A model generated the notes under the pieces. The model saw only the letters and a program-made list of their open reading frames with translations, did no database searches and was not told the origin of the DNA. A stretch of 64,000 nucleotides of DNA from an uncultured virus (IMG/VR IMGVR_UViG_3300023117_001979) (Duplodnaviria; Heunggongvirae; Uroviricota; Caudoviricetes), in IMG/VR virus record IMGVR_UViG_3300023117_001979; one strand, given 5' to 3'. Both the position numbers and the translations under genes were made by a program. Below are positions 17,772 to 28,000 of the stretch, piece after piece (position 1 is the first letter of the stretch; every line of letters begins with the position of its first letter).

Positions 17772-20614
17772 GACCAGCTGCACTTCAACGACGCAATTCT
17801 GCATTCGTCCGCTCTTCCGGCTTAGGGGAAATGCACAATACCCCTGTCATTGAGTCAGTCTCCATTAGGCGTGGTAATGTAAAACCAAGCGTAATCGTAA
17901 AAGATGGTACTATTTTCAAGCAAAAGCTTGCCTATCGCAAGTATGACCCAATTACCTTTGATGCCAAGGTAAGGGGCACTGGTTACTTTTACGGCACAGT
18001 AAACCATAATGGCCTAGAGCGCTTAATTTTCATTACCCCAGCCCAACCCAAAATTAGTTACACAATAGAGCTGGAACTCCCTCTTGAAGGTCTAAACTTC
18101 CACATTTCCCCTACCATTCCTACTACTCTTGACCCCACTTACTTAGATAGTGCTTCGAGAAATCTTCTAAAAAACAACCCAGCATCTTACTCAACTCTTG
18201 GCTTTTTTCCAACTGAACCTATGTTAGCTCAAAAAGACAGTGATACATGGAGTGGTAAGATTTCCGAGCATAGCTGGAAGTATGGCCGCAGTGGTACAGC
18301 AGTAACTAAGGGGCAAGATGTAAACTGGCAACCAAATTATGACGGTGGCTGGCTAGGCGCAGCTTCTGTGTACAAATATGACCCTAAAATTGGATGGGAA
18401 TGCGTTCAGCAAAATATTGCATACTTGCAGGTAGGCCAACCACATTGTATTGTAGGACAGTTAGTAGGTTATCGAGATACATACGGAGTAGGAGGCGAAT
18501 ACCACTATTATACCAACAGTGGCGGCGAAGCTTGGTCAGGAGGAGCTACTCTTCGAGGAGACAGAATCCGACTAATGAACCACTCTTATCGTAACTACTA
18601 TGGAGTAAAAGACCACGGAAAAAGGGCTGGAAAGAACAATTTCAAAATTCAGTCTTACCACGACTATGTAAATGGAGGCGAAGTACCACTCAATTTCACT
18701 AGTGGTTACTGGTTCCCAACCTCCGACCACCCCGATGGGGTCGATTCTGACCAATTTTGTGCTAAAGTTGAGTGGTGGAACCCGGAGACTAATGTTTGGA
18801 GTACACCATCAATTTACCCACCCTGGGAAAGCAAAATAAATGGCAAAGGTCAGTTTGCGTTTTACTTCCGATTTCCTCGTCAACTAACAGAACAAGACGA
18901 ATATTTTGAAAAGACTCCACAATGGAAAATTGACCAAACATGGCACTGCTACCCTTACCAAAACTCTGATTCAGGCTCAGACAACTTCCGAGGAGTTGAA
19001 TACGCACGAATAGGGCGACCTAACACCCCTGATGGCAAGTCAATTGCTATTGAAAAAAATGGTTACAAGCTAGTTTCAAGAGACACTAGTCCAGACTATG
19101 TAATAATGATAGCGCCCGAATCAAAGTCACAAGATGGCGACTATGAAGCCCATGAGAACCAAAAAAAGTGCTACATACCAGTAAGTGGTAATGTTACATA
19201 CCAAGCCGTTGACCCACACGCTTACAGTTACTCCGCTAACCCTGATATTCTCAAAGCATACTGGAAAAATGGTTCCTTCAAGCCAGGTGGCACCTTTATG
19301 CTAATGGGCCGAGCATGTGATTGGTTCCCGGCATACTGGATTTCAACAGATTCACTAAAAACAAAAGGAAAGACACCGATGGACCTGAACAAAGCACAGT
19401 TTGACTTGATTCGAGGAAGCCATAATCCTAACGACTACAGTGCCGACAAAATTTCATCAATAAAGTTTTTCAAGGCAACCGACATTGACGACCCCAAAAA
19501 GGTTTCACAATTTCAAAGCGCATGGGACGAATGCTTCCCAGGTGTCCCATTTACCAGGCCAATGTTAGTAGCGATGATTCGAGGCGACCAACTCCCTGAG
19601 CTAGAAGGCATAAAGTATGAACGACTGCCTGGGTTTATTGAAGACGACCCTCTCCGTTATGAAGTGGATTATGAAGGTGTCAAATACCGCCACCCTTACA
19701 GCCTTGCTCTTTGTAAAATCCCCGAAGGTTGGTGGGGCCCTACTATTTCAGAAGATAGTAATGTAAGCAGTGTCTATATTGGTGGACAGAATCACTATTA
19801 CTATATTTTTGAGGAATATGTCGACCTAGCAGAAGAAATTGCTGCACAAAAAGCTCTTGAAGAAGCTGGGCTAAACGCAGCGGAGCAGTTTGCAGCATCC
19901 GAGTTAGAGAATGAAATGAAAGATATTACATTCGACGCCTACAAAGCACACAATGATACAGTCAAAGAATCAGTCAACGCAGAAGTACCTAAAGAAGGAA
20001 GCTGGTTATTCCGCCGCGAGCCAGTAACACTACGACACCGTTATGTCTCACTTCTTGGTTCTGCCGGCACAGTTACGGATGTTACAGACCGATATAGCGC
20101 AGACCAAATTACAAGCCTTGATGGCTTGAGTGCTAAGAATACTCGCCAATATGGGTTTACCGACCTCTACTTAGTTAACGGTCCTTCAAAAGGTCCTTCA
20201 ACCGTAATTATGCCCCCAAAGGAACCAACAGGAAAGACACCACTCAAAGTAAGCAATACATCAGGCTTTGGAAACAGTGAACGCCAAGCACTAAAGGCAA
20301 GAGCACTAGGGAATGGAAACCCAATGAAATATAGTACCGAAGCTGAGCAAGACAGCAACAAACCCTCATTTGAAGCTGACCAAATGGGAAGCGCCTTTGA
20401 TGTAGTGTTAGGCGTAGAAGAAGGAACAGTAGCAGATGTAGCTACTACTGTTGGATGGGCATTAGCTGGATTAGCTACTGTTGGAGTACTCTTAAAAATA
20501 AAACCAACTCTCGACCGAATTGCAACCGCCGCTTCGGATAAAAGGGCAGCAAAGTATCGAGAACAAACTGCCCAAGCAGAAACAATATCTGCAATAAGAA
20601 AACTGAGAGAGTGA
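17768..20614 (+). CDS. Large aromatic/beta-rich protein with C-terminal TM, putative virion surface protein
   Basis: 948 aa, rich in W/Y/G; TM VGWALAGLATVGVLL near the C-terminus. Confidence 0.7.
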   Translation: MRPAALQRRNSAFVRSSGLGEMHNTPVIESVSIRRGNVKPSVIVKDGTIFKQKLAYRKYDPITFDAKVRGTGYFYGTVNHNGLERLIFITPAQPKISYTIELELPLEGLNFHISPTIPTTLDPTYLDSASRNLLKNNPASYSTLGFFPTEPMLAQKDSDTWSGKISEHSWKYGRSGTAVTKGQDVNWQPNYDGGWLGAASVYKYDPKIGWECVQQNIAYLQVGQPHCIVGQLVGYRDTYGVGGEYHYYTNSGGEAWSGGATLRGDRIRLMNHSYRNYYGVKDHGKRAGKNNFKIQSYHDYVNGGEVPLNFTSGYWFPTSDHPDGVDSDQFCAKVEWWNPETNVWSTPSIYPPWESKINGKGQFAFYFRFPRQLTEQDEYFEKTPQWKIDQTWHCYPYQNSDSGSDNFRGVEYARIGRPNTPDGKSIAIEKNGYKLVSRDTSPDYVIMIAPESKSQDGDYEAHENQKKCYIPVSGNVTYQAVDPHAYSYSANPDILKAYWKNGSFKPGGTFMLMGRACDWFPAYWISTDSLKTKGKTPMDLNKAQFDLIRGSHNPNDYSADKISSIKFFKATDIDDPKKVSQFQSAWDECFPGVPFTRPMLVAMIRGDQLPELEGIKYERLPGFIEDDPLRYEVDYEGVKYRHPYSLALCKIPEGWWGPTISEDSNVSSVYIGGQNHYYYIFEEYVDLAEEIAAQKALEEAGLNAAEQFAASELENEMKDITFDAYKAHNDTVKESVNAEVPKEGSWLFRREPVTLRHRYVSLLGSAGTVTDVTDRYSADQITSLDGLSAKNTRQYGFTDLYLVNGPSKGPSTVIMPPKEPTGKTPLKVSNTSGFGNSERQALKARALGNGNPMKYSTEAEQDSNKPSFEADQMGSAFDVVLGVEEGTVADVATTVGWALAGLATVGVLLKIKPTLDRIATAASDKRAAKYREQTAQAETISAIRKLRE

Positions 20615-20618
20615 TAAC

Positions 20619-22133
20619 ATGTTGGACCAACCAAGCTTTGAACGAGAAATTAACGCATATTTGTTAGATGTTGATGCTGTGCTTAAGTCAAAAGGACTTT
20701 TTCACGACAAAGGCAGTGCAAAGTTGAATTTAATCCAACAGGAAGTTGACATGACCTTAGACAAACTTAGGGCCATGCAGCGAGAACGAAAGCTATCGAG
20801 AGTTTCAGCCGGAGGACTTTCTAGCGACAGCATTAAGCGAGTGACAGTATTATCAGACCAAGTTCTTGATGGTGCTAATGTGCCATTCGGTGCAATCTTT
20901 GGTAGTGCCAGCAACGATTCAATTTTCACAGTACCTGAGTGGAAAACCGCATTTACCAGCGTATCAGCAGCCGTTTCTAACTTTACCAACACCTACGGAG
21001 TTTTAATTTCAAACATGGACAAAACATCGAGGACAAAAATCGACCAAGCACTAGCAACAATCATTGATAATGCACAAGTAGCATTTGAAAAAGACCAGTC
21101 TGCTTCAGGCGCAAGTCGTTACCTAACCGCAGCTATGCAGACCATCAACAACCTGGAAGCCAGCGCACAAACACAACAGGCACAATCAGCCGCAGGTATG
21201 CTAGAATTGGTAGTCAAAGAAAAAGACCAAGAGCGCATCCGACTTCTTTCGTCTATGAAAATTATTGAGCGGAGCCTAACTCCTGAGCAAATCACCGTAG
21301 TAAATGACGCTAACCGTCGAGTACTAGAGAAACTTGAAGACATTCTAAAGTCACAGACCAGCTATGACGCAGCTATCCGAAATAAAAAGCTTCAACTAGT
21401 CGATAGCGACCTTGAGATTATGCGAATAACAATTCAAAATCAAAACTTTGCAAGTAGGCTCGGAAAGGCATTACCACCTCCCCGTAATAGTGCTAGCAAG
21501 CTTGGCTATCTAAACAAGTACAAAATGATTGAAGATTTTCGCTACGCCCCCGCAAGTAATCTTGGCGGGGGCCTCGGAGTTTCATTCAAGCACATCGATA
21601 ATATGCAAGAAGCATCTCCTTACGAAATCTTAGCAACAGTAAAACACAATGCTGGAGTAATTAAGTCACAAGGAGCTATTTCAGTCGACGAGCGTCCAAT
21701 TTTTATGCGCCAAGTTAATTCACTAACTAAAGAAGCGTTTGGCAATAACATTGTGACCCTAACACAAGCCAAAAAACATTACCACTCTCTTCTAAAGTAT
21801 ACTAATGTCGGCAACCTAACTCTAAAGCAGATAGAGGATAAGCACCCTAAGGGTACTAAAAAAACACATATCGAAGCGATGCATAAAAACATGCAAGAAG
21901 GCATGGAATTTGGACCAGCTCATGACAAAGCCGTCGAAGACGGGTTTCCCGCTGGTAACTTAAGTGGAATACTTACTTTTGACAATCCAACTCTAGCAGC
22001 GCCAAATATCGTTAGGCTTGCTGGCTCCTTAGTGCTTTACTTGGTAATTCCAGCAACAGCAATTTACTTGGTTGGTAACCGTATAGCGGCTAAAAGGAAC
22101 CCATTGAATAGGTTAATGGGTGAAGAGGAGTGA
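20619..22133 (+). CDS. Helical protein with C-terminal TM, putative virion protein
   Basis: 504 aa; many [LF]G motifs; TM LAGSLVLYLVIPATAIYLVG. Confidence 0.7.
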   Translation: MLDQPSFEREINAYLLDVDAVLKSKGLFHDKGSAKLNLIQQEVDMTLDKLRAMQRERKLSRVSAGGLSSDSIKRVTVLSDQVLDGANVPFGAIFGSASNDSIFTVPEWKTAFTSVSAAVSNFTNTYGVLISNMDKTSRTKIDQALATIIDNAQVAFEKDQSASGASRYLTAAMQTINNLEASAQTQQAQSAAGMLELVVKEKDQERIRLLSSMKIIERSLTPEQITVVNDANRRVLEKLEDILKSQTSYDAAIRNKKLQLVDSDLEIMRITIQNQNFASRLGKALPPPRNSASKLGYLNKYKMIEDFRYAPASNLGGGLGVSFKHIDNMQEASPYEILATVKHNAGVIKSQGAISVDERPIFMRQVNSLTKEAFGNNIVTLTQAKKHYHSLLKYTNVGNLTLKQIEDKHPKGTKKTHIEAMHKNMQEGMEFGPAHDKAVEDGFPAGNLSGILTFDNPTLAAPNIVRLAGSLVLYLVIPATAIYLVGNRIAAKRNPLNRLMGEEE

Positions 22134-22184
22134 ATAACCGATGAGTCTATTACGAAAAGCGTACTGCGTGAAACATAGGGGGGC

Positions 22185-24650
22185 GTGAAAATGGTATTGA
22201 ATGTTAGTGGAAGCGAAGAATTTGACGACGAAGAAGATACGACTGAAGAAAGTGGCGTCTTTTATGGTGATGAAGAAAACTTCATTGATAGTGATATGAG
22301 TGACCTACACATGACACAAGGACCTGCACTAGCTAACCCACGAATCACTAACTTGTTTAGCACTCAACGCAGTTGGCGCGTATTGCGTCTTCCAGGAGGA
22401 AGAGCTGGTGAAGAGGGAGCAGGTGGACTTCGCGGGTTCACTAACTTCATGCTACAAATCATCCCAGGATGGCGTGGTCAAACCATTCGCGACAGCCCAT
22501 TCCGCCAAATGGTAACTGCTCGTATGTGGCAGCAATACATCAACAACATGGAACCAATTGACGATGCTCTTGAATTGCAAGCACCTTACAGCCCCGAAGA
22601 ATTGCTTTCACTTCGTATGTTTTGTGAAGAGTGGACAAATGACCCAGGCCATATTCAGTTTACACGGCGCTTAAGCACACACCCCAGTACTAACAATTCA
22701 GATGCCGTACTGAAAGGAAACATGGTTTATGACATTTGTACCGGGCAAATCCAACTACGCACTGCTCGCGGTGGCCGTGGCGATGGGAACATTCCAATCC
22801 GTCTTGCTCACGACATTCTTACTTCAATTCCCTTTACTGTTTACAACTTTTACACACTCAATAGCGTTCATGCACAAGAAGGGGCGGCAGTTTACGAAGG
22901 CTTCCTTAACCGCTATGTTCGTCTTTCCTCGACCGAAGTTGCTATGGTTGAAGAAATTGAAAATGGTATTCGTGGCGGTGGCCGTGGATATGCCACTATG
23001 TCAACCAACATTACAGGCGACCCAATCGAAGCATTTGCACTTATGCAACAAGTAATCGAAGCCATGGAGCTAGGCGATACTCTTACCGTAAGGGCTCACA
23101 TAAATGCTCTTCTTAGCCCACCATACAATTACAAGTCAATGGCACAACAAATTGATGTTGGAGGTACTCATGGTGGCCGCTTTGTTACCGGAGACCAAGT
23201 CCGCTATCATCAATTTAATGCCGGTAACTTAACGACTAATGCCACAACCAACAACAATACTCCAATGCGCTTGATGTACAGGCAAGGGCGTAATACCGCT
23301 GGCGAGTTGGTTATGTGGCCTGACAACCAACCAAGAACAGCCGCTGACGGCCATCCGCCACTTGGCTTTTACATGGAAGTCAATCAAAATGGAATCGGCG
23401 TTGCAAATGTTTGGGAAGTCTTCCAGGTTGGCTCCAACAAGCACATCCGAGTTGCTGATTACGATTCACAGGCTCGTGCTATTAGTGAGATGGTTGGAGG
23501 ATTCAATAACCAAGACCGCCAACGACGAGATGACCGAGCGCCAGGAGGAGCCCCTGACCGCGATGCTGCTGACCGTCGCCGTGGTGTTCGTGGTGGAGGC
23601 CCACGAGTCAACCCAACACGCTCTAATAAGGGGCATGCTTATTACCCCTATCCACCAGAAGATTTTGCAGGCAAGCCATCCCTTGGGCTATTTGGTAAGG
23701 CAGTGGAAATAGAACCAGTACCAAAAACCGAAAAAGGCAAATTCGCTATCGTATATACAGAGAACAATTACGACTGGTTTAACTTCTTTTTAGTAATGGG
23801 GTTAGGTACTAAAACAAAGGCCTGGCTCAAGAAGAATGAAGATGATTGGGCCCAACAAATCTTCGATGACCTCTTACCTTATGTTGAAGGTTACAAGAAA
23901 GTTTTACCTAAGAGAGCCGCAGAAGTACGCGAGGCCTTCCTTGAAGGTGGACACAAGAGCCCTGGTGAAATCATAATTTTCAAGGATAGTGCTATTATGT
24001 CCTACGACAATACCATCATTAACGCAAATGTAGCTGAGAAGCTAATTAACAAGGGTCTTGATTTGCTCGATGAAATGCGAGATACTCGCAGCAACCCTGA
24101 TTGTACGCTTCCTAATGGAATGACTCACACCTTTTCAGTACCCTCATCTTTCAAAGTCGATGTTCGCCGCTTTGGCTCTTCGACTAGCATGGGGCGTGGG
24201 AAATTTATCTATGTGCAGGTTCTTCCTAAGACTCAAGTTGAGTTTACTGGGAAATATAGGGGTAGCAAAAAGCAAACCCAATACTGGGAGCAAGGCGGAA
24301 CCAAAACTGGCGACAAGACTGGTCTAAACAAAGTGTACCCAGGTGGAATTAGTGGCGATGGCTATTTCATTAAAACGGCTTTGCATAAGCGAACCGGTGT
24401 TGAAGTACCTTGGCTAGTAGGACTCCCACGAAAGGACTTCCAAGCATTTACTGATAGTGAAGGCCGTAGGACAATTCGACCAAAGCGACGCAAGGCAGAA
24501 GCAGACCCGGCTTGGGAGAGGTTTACTCGATACTACGGAATCCCAACATACAAAGGCGGGACCAAAGGCAAGCAAAACCTATTCGCCATCAAGAGTAGCG
24601 ACGGAGGCCGCTTCTATGATGAGCTTAGGTCAAAACCAACTAAGAGGTGA
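22185..24650 (+). CDS. Modular NP-motif protein
   Basis: 821 aa; segments bounded by LANP, RVNP, RSNP. Confidence 0.7.
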   Translation: MKMVLNVSGSEEFDDEEDTTEESGVFYGDEENFIDSDMSDLHMTQGPALANPRITNLFSTQRSWRVLRLPGGRAGEEGAGGLRGFTNFMLQIIPGWRGQTIRDSPFRQMVTARMWQQYINNMEPIDDALELQAPYSPEELLSLRMFCEEWTNDPGHIQFTRRLSTHPSTNNSDAVLKGNMVYDICTGQIQLRTARGGRGDGNIPIRLAHDILTSIPFTVYNFYTLNSVHAQEGAAVYEGFLNRYVRLSSTEVAMVEEIENGIRGGGRGYATMSTNITGDPIEAFALMQQVIEAMELGDTLTVRAHINALLSPPYNYKSMAQQIDVGGTHGGRFVTGDQVRYHQFNAGNLTTNATTNNNTPMRLMYRQGRNTAGELVMWPDNQPRTAADGHPPLGFYMEVNQNGIGVANVWEVFQVGSNKHIRVADYDSQARAISEMVGGFNNQDRQRRDDRAPGGAPDRDAADRRRGVRGGGPRVNPTRSNKGHAYYPYPPEDFAGKPSLGLFGKAVEIEPVPKTEKGKFAIVYTENNYDWFNFFLVMGLGTKTKAWLKKNEDDWAQQIFDDLLPYVEGYKKVLPKRAAEVREAFLEGGHKSPGEIIIFKDSAIMSYDNTIINANVAEKLINKGLDLLDEMRDTRSNPDCTLPNGMTHTFSVPSSFKVDVRRFGSSTSMGRGKFIYVQVLPKTQVEFTGKYRGSKKQTQYWEQGGTKTGDKTGLNKVYPGGISGDGYFIKTALHKRTGVEVPWLVGLPRKDFQAFTDSEGRRTIRPKRRKAEADPAWERFTRYYGIPTYKGGTKGKQNLFAIKSSDGGRFYDELRSKPTKR

Positions 24651-24654
24651 TTAA

Positions 24655-25020
24655 GTGGCATATATCGATGACTTTCTAGCAAACAAGACACGACGCAAAG
24701 TTGTAGTAACCGGAATTATTGCAGGCGGAGCCGCTTTAGCAGCAGGCTTTGGTCGAGCAATAGATAAGAAATTTCCAGGCTACAAGCGTAGTAGTGATAC
24801 TTCCTACCTCTTTATGCGCGGTGCTTTGATTGGCGGGATTCTTTCACTCCCAGCAGCTGCTTATGCGGCCAACATGGGAGTCAACATTAATGCCTTTGGT
24901 ACTGCCCAGCGCCCAATGTGGCACGATTCAACACCAGCGACACCCGAAGGACACATGGTGTTCAAAAACGAAGTTGATGGAACATCTTATTTCCTACCAT
25001 CCCCTCCGAAGAATAAGTGA
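24655..25020 (+). CDS. Small two-TM membrane protein
   Basis: GAGGTGA RBS; two Gly/Ala-rich hydrophobic segments. Confidence 0.65.
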   Translation: MAYIDDFLANKTRRKVVVTGIIAGGAALAAGFGRAIDKKFPGYKRSSDTSYLFMRGALIGGILSLPAAAYAANMGVNINAFGTAQRPMWHDSTPATPEGHMVFKNEVDGTSYFLPSPPKNK

Positions 25021-28000
25021 GGGGTGGCGACATGCATATGCACTCAGTACCAAACAGCCTTTTGGGAGCTTCGCTAGGCGATGCTCACAAGTGGGTTCGC
25101 TCACAAATGGTACTCTCTAACCCACACAAGCCTATGGCCGATTATACCCTTACAAATGAAAATGGTACTACTATCAGTCTAAGTGACCTCACTAAGGGCA
25201 AAGCAAGCCATGTGACGATTAACGCCGCAGGTTCGGTTCGCTCTAATCCAGCAGCCCCAGGTGAACTTGTGGGTTTTATGGAAATACCCAAGCCTATGCA
25301 TTCAAGTCGTCTTACAGCCCTTACCCAAGATGATATTACCCCGGCGCTTTACGATGCTATGGTAAATCAATATGGGTTGTTTAGTGCAATTCAAACGCTT
25401 TCTATTCTTCTTACTCGTCCGGTTTCTCCTTCCCTCCACCACAGTCAAAAAACAATCAACCTCATTCGGGCTCGTCGAGGCGACTCTTTGATGCCACTCC
25501 ACCAATACTTGCCCTCACCGCAGAAGAAAGAGCGCAAGCGTGATGAAAATAAAAAGAAAGACAACCGTAACACGCGCCGTAACCCAGCACCAGCTGATGT
25601 AGTAACAGCAGCAGATAGCCTCAATCTAGCACCGGGTAATGTTGTACTTTCAGCTCAGCAGCTCAATCGCGCTGGTGGACTTGGGCTAAACCTAGACCGA
25701 ACCACTAATGATATTCGTCGAGAAGTTGACAAAATGCTTGATGACGCAGAAGACGCCTTTGAAGAAAATGAACATGGTGCTCTAATTTCAGTAGCCAATA
25801 AAATGTCACTCAAGTATGAAAACAGTGCTGAAATCTTTGATAATTTCGCACAACAAGTTTTAGCCCCTTACCTCATTACTAGCACTGCGAATGTAAACGC
25901 GCTAAAGTACATCAATGAATACATCCTTCCAGCTATGAGGGCAGTTATTGAAGATAAGCGTGGTAGCAGTGATAAGCAATTACGAAAACTCGACCGCCAG
26001 TACAAGCACATCGTTTCAAAGCTAGCAACAGACCCAAGGGACTTCTATATGGGTAGTGAGTTTGCCTTGATAGCACACCCTGGTTTTCTATTCCCCCGTG
26101 CAGGTCTAGCACTTATGCCAGTCCCAACTTCAACTAGAGACATGGCTTTCCGTGCCTTTGAACAAGCAGGTACGCCACCAACATATGACCCAGCCACGGG
26201 CTTTGTAGCCACTATTGCCCCATCTGACCGTGCCGGAGTAGCATACATTGGCCGAGAAACAATTCAAAGGATGGGGCGAAGGACATTCGGTCAAGGACGA
26301 AATATGCTCAATGTAAATCGAGTTATTGATAGTTTGATTGATGTAATTGAGCGCTTTGGTGAAACTGATAGTAGCGGCTTCAATGTACTAGTTAGAGATA
26401 CTCGAACAATGGCTTCTATAGCGGCTAACGCAGGTGAACAACTCTATCAGCGTATTGCCGGTATGCCAGTCTTTTACTTTGCAGACTTACCGGGCATTCG
26501 TCCTATTCCCACTAACTGGCCTCAAGGACTTATTCTCGCTATGATGGAAGTGCTCGCACAAAACCGAGACCGAATTACTGGACTTGGTGGTGGGGCCTTT
26601 AATGCTGCGGAATTTATGACTCCTAGTGGAATTAACCTTGCTACTGGTGGTTCCTTCGGAACATATGATAATTACGCCGCTTGGACCGCTGAGCGTAATC
26701 GGTTAGCAGGACTGCCCAATGCTGACCTAGCCGCCGGTGGTGCTGAAAATGAAAATGCTTTGAGGCTACTTGGCTCTCTAACTGATGTAGCAAGGCAAAG
26801 TGGGATAATGCTACGACAAACGATAGCTGGCTTTGCTAACCCCCAGGGACCCTTTGGGGATGTTCCCAACGACATAGCTGCTATTCGAGGGCTATATGGC
26901 GGTGCCTCACCTGAAGCACGGTCCCAATTCAAGTATCAAAATGGCTTAGCACCTGGTATTGCTGTCGCCGCCGGTGGGCGACTGATTGGAGCCTATACAA
27001 CACTAGCGGATTATCTTCAAAATGTTGTCAATGCTAACTTAGCAGACGGAGTTAACGCACCAATGAGTGGAGGCCACCCCCGACCAGGGTATGCAATTGA
27101 TATTGCCCGCGTCATCAATGTACTCGACCCTGCAAGCCCCTACATGGCAGCAATAAGCGCTCAATTTGTAAATGCTCAGCCACTTACTGCACAAAATACC
27201 TCTGATTCACCTTCAGTTTACCAAATTATGCTAGATGCAGTTGAGTTGTCTATGCGGAAGTACAACTACAATCCAAGCAAAGATGATATTTACTTCACTG
27301 TTGTCCTACTTTACTATTCCCTTCGCAATATGGGATTAGATGCCGAAGTTACTGGGTTTATGTCACGAATCTCCAATATTTTACAACAGGCTCGTCGTCG
27401 CGCTCTCAATGACTTCCTCGCAGATGTAGTAGCAGCGTTCCCGGCACCACCGCTGGGTGGAGCACCCATCGCACCTGCCGCTATGAATAATTACCTTGCA
27501 CTCAAGTTTGCTTATGACGCCTTCAACGACCCTACCTCAGATGCATTCAGGGCATTGACAGGAGTCAGGGTGAACCCAGCACCAGCGGCGGACTTAGTAG
27601 GAGAAGCGCAAATCAAGAACATCCGAGAAAGCCTAAAGGCTTCAATTGACATGTATGAAAATGCCCTTAAGCGTACAGGCCAAGACTCTAACGCAGAAGC
27701 TGTTGTTGACGCACTTCGAGAACTGGTTATGCCCCAAATCCTCAAGCAGATGAATGAAAACCCACATGCGTACTTTACCTATGTAGGGGCATCCGATACC
27801 CCAACGGAAAAAATTATTGAAACAGTTGATACCCTTTATGGCCAGTGTGACACTGCCATTTCGGAGCACATTGATTCTTTAGGAAACTTAGCCAATGTAC
27901 TGCAAGGAACGCTTCCCGGAGACCTATCAGACAATCTTCTGACAGCACTAACAGAACTACAAGAATCAAGTGAAAAGCTTGACTTACTTGACAAGACAGC

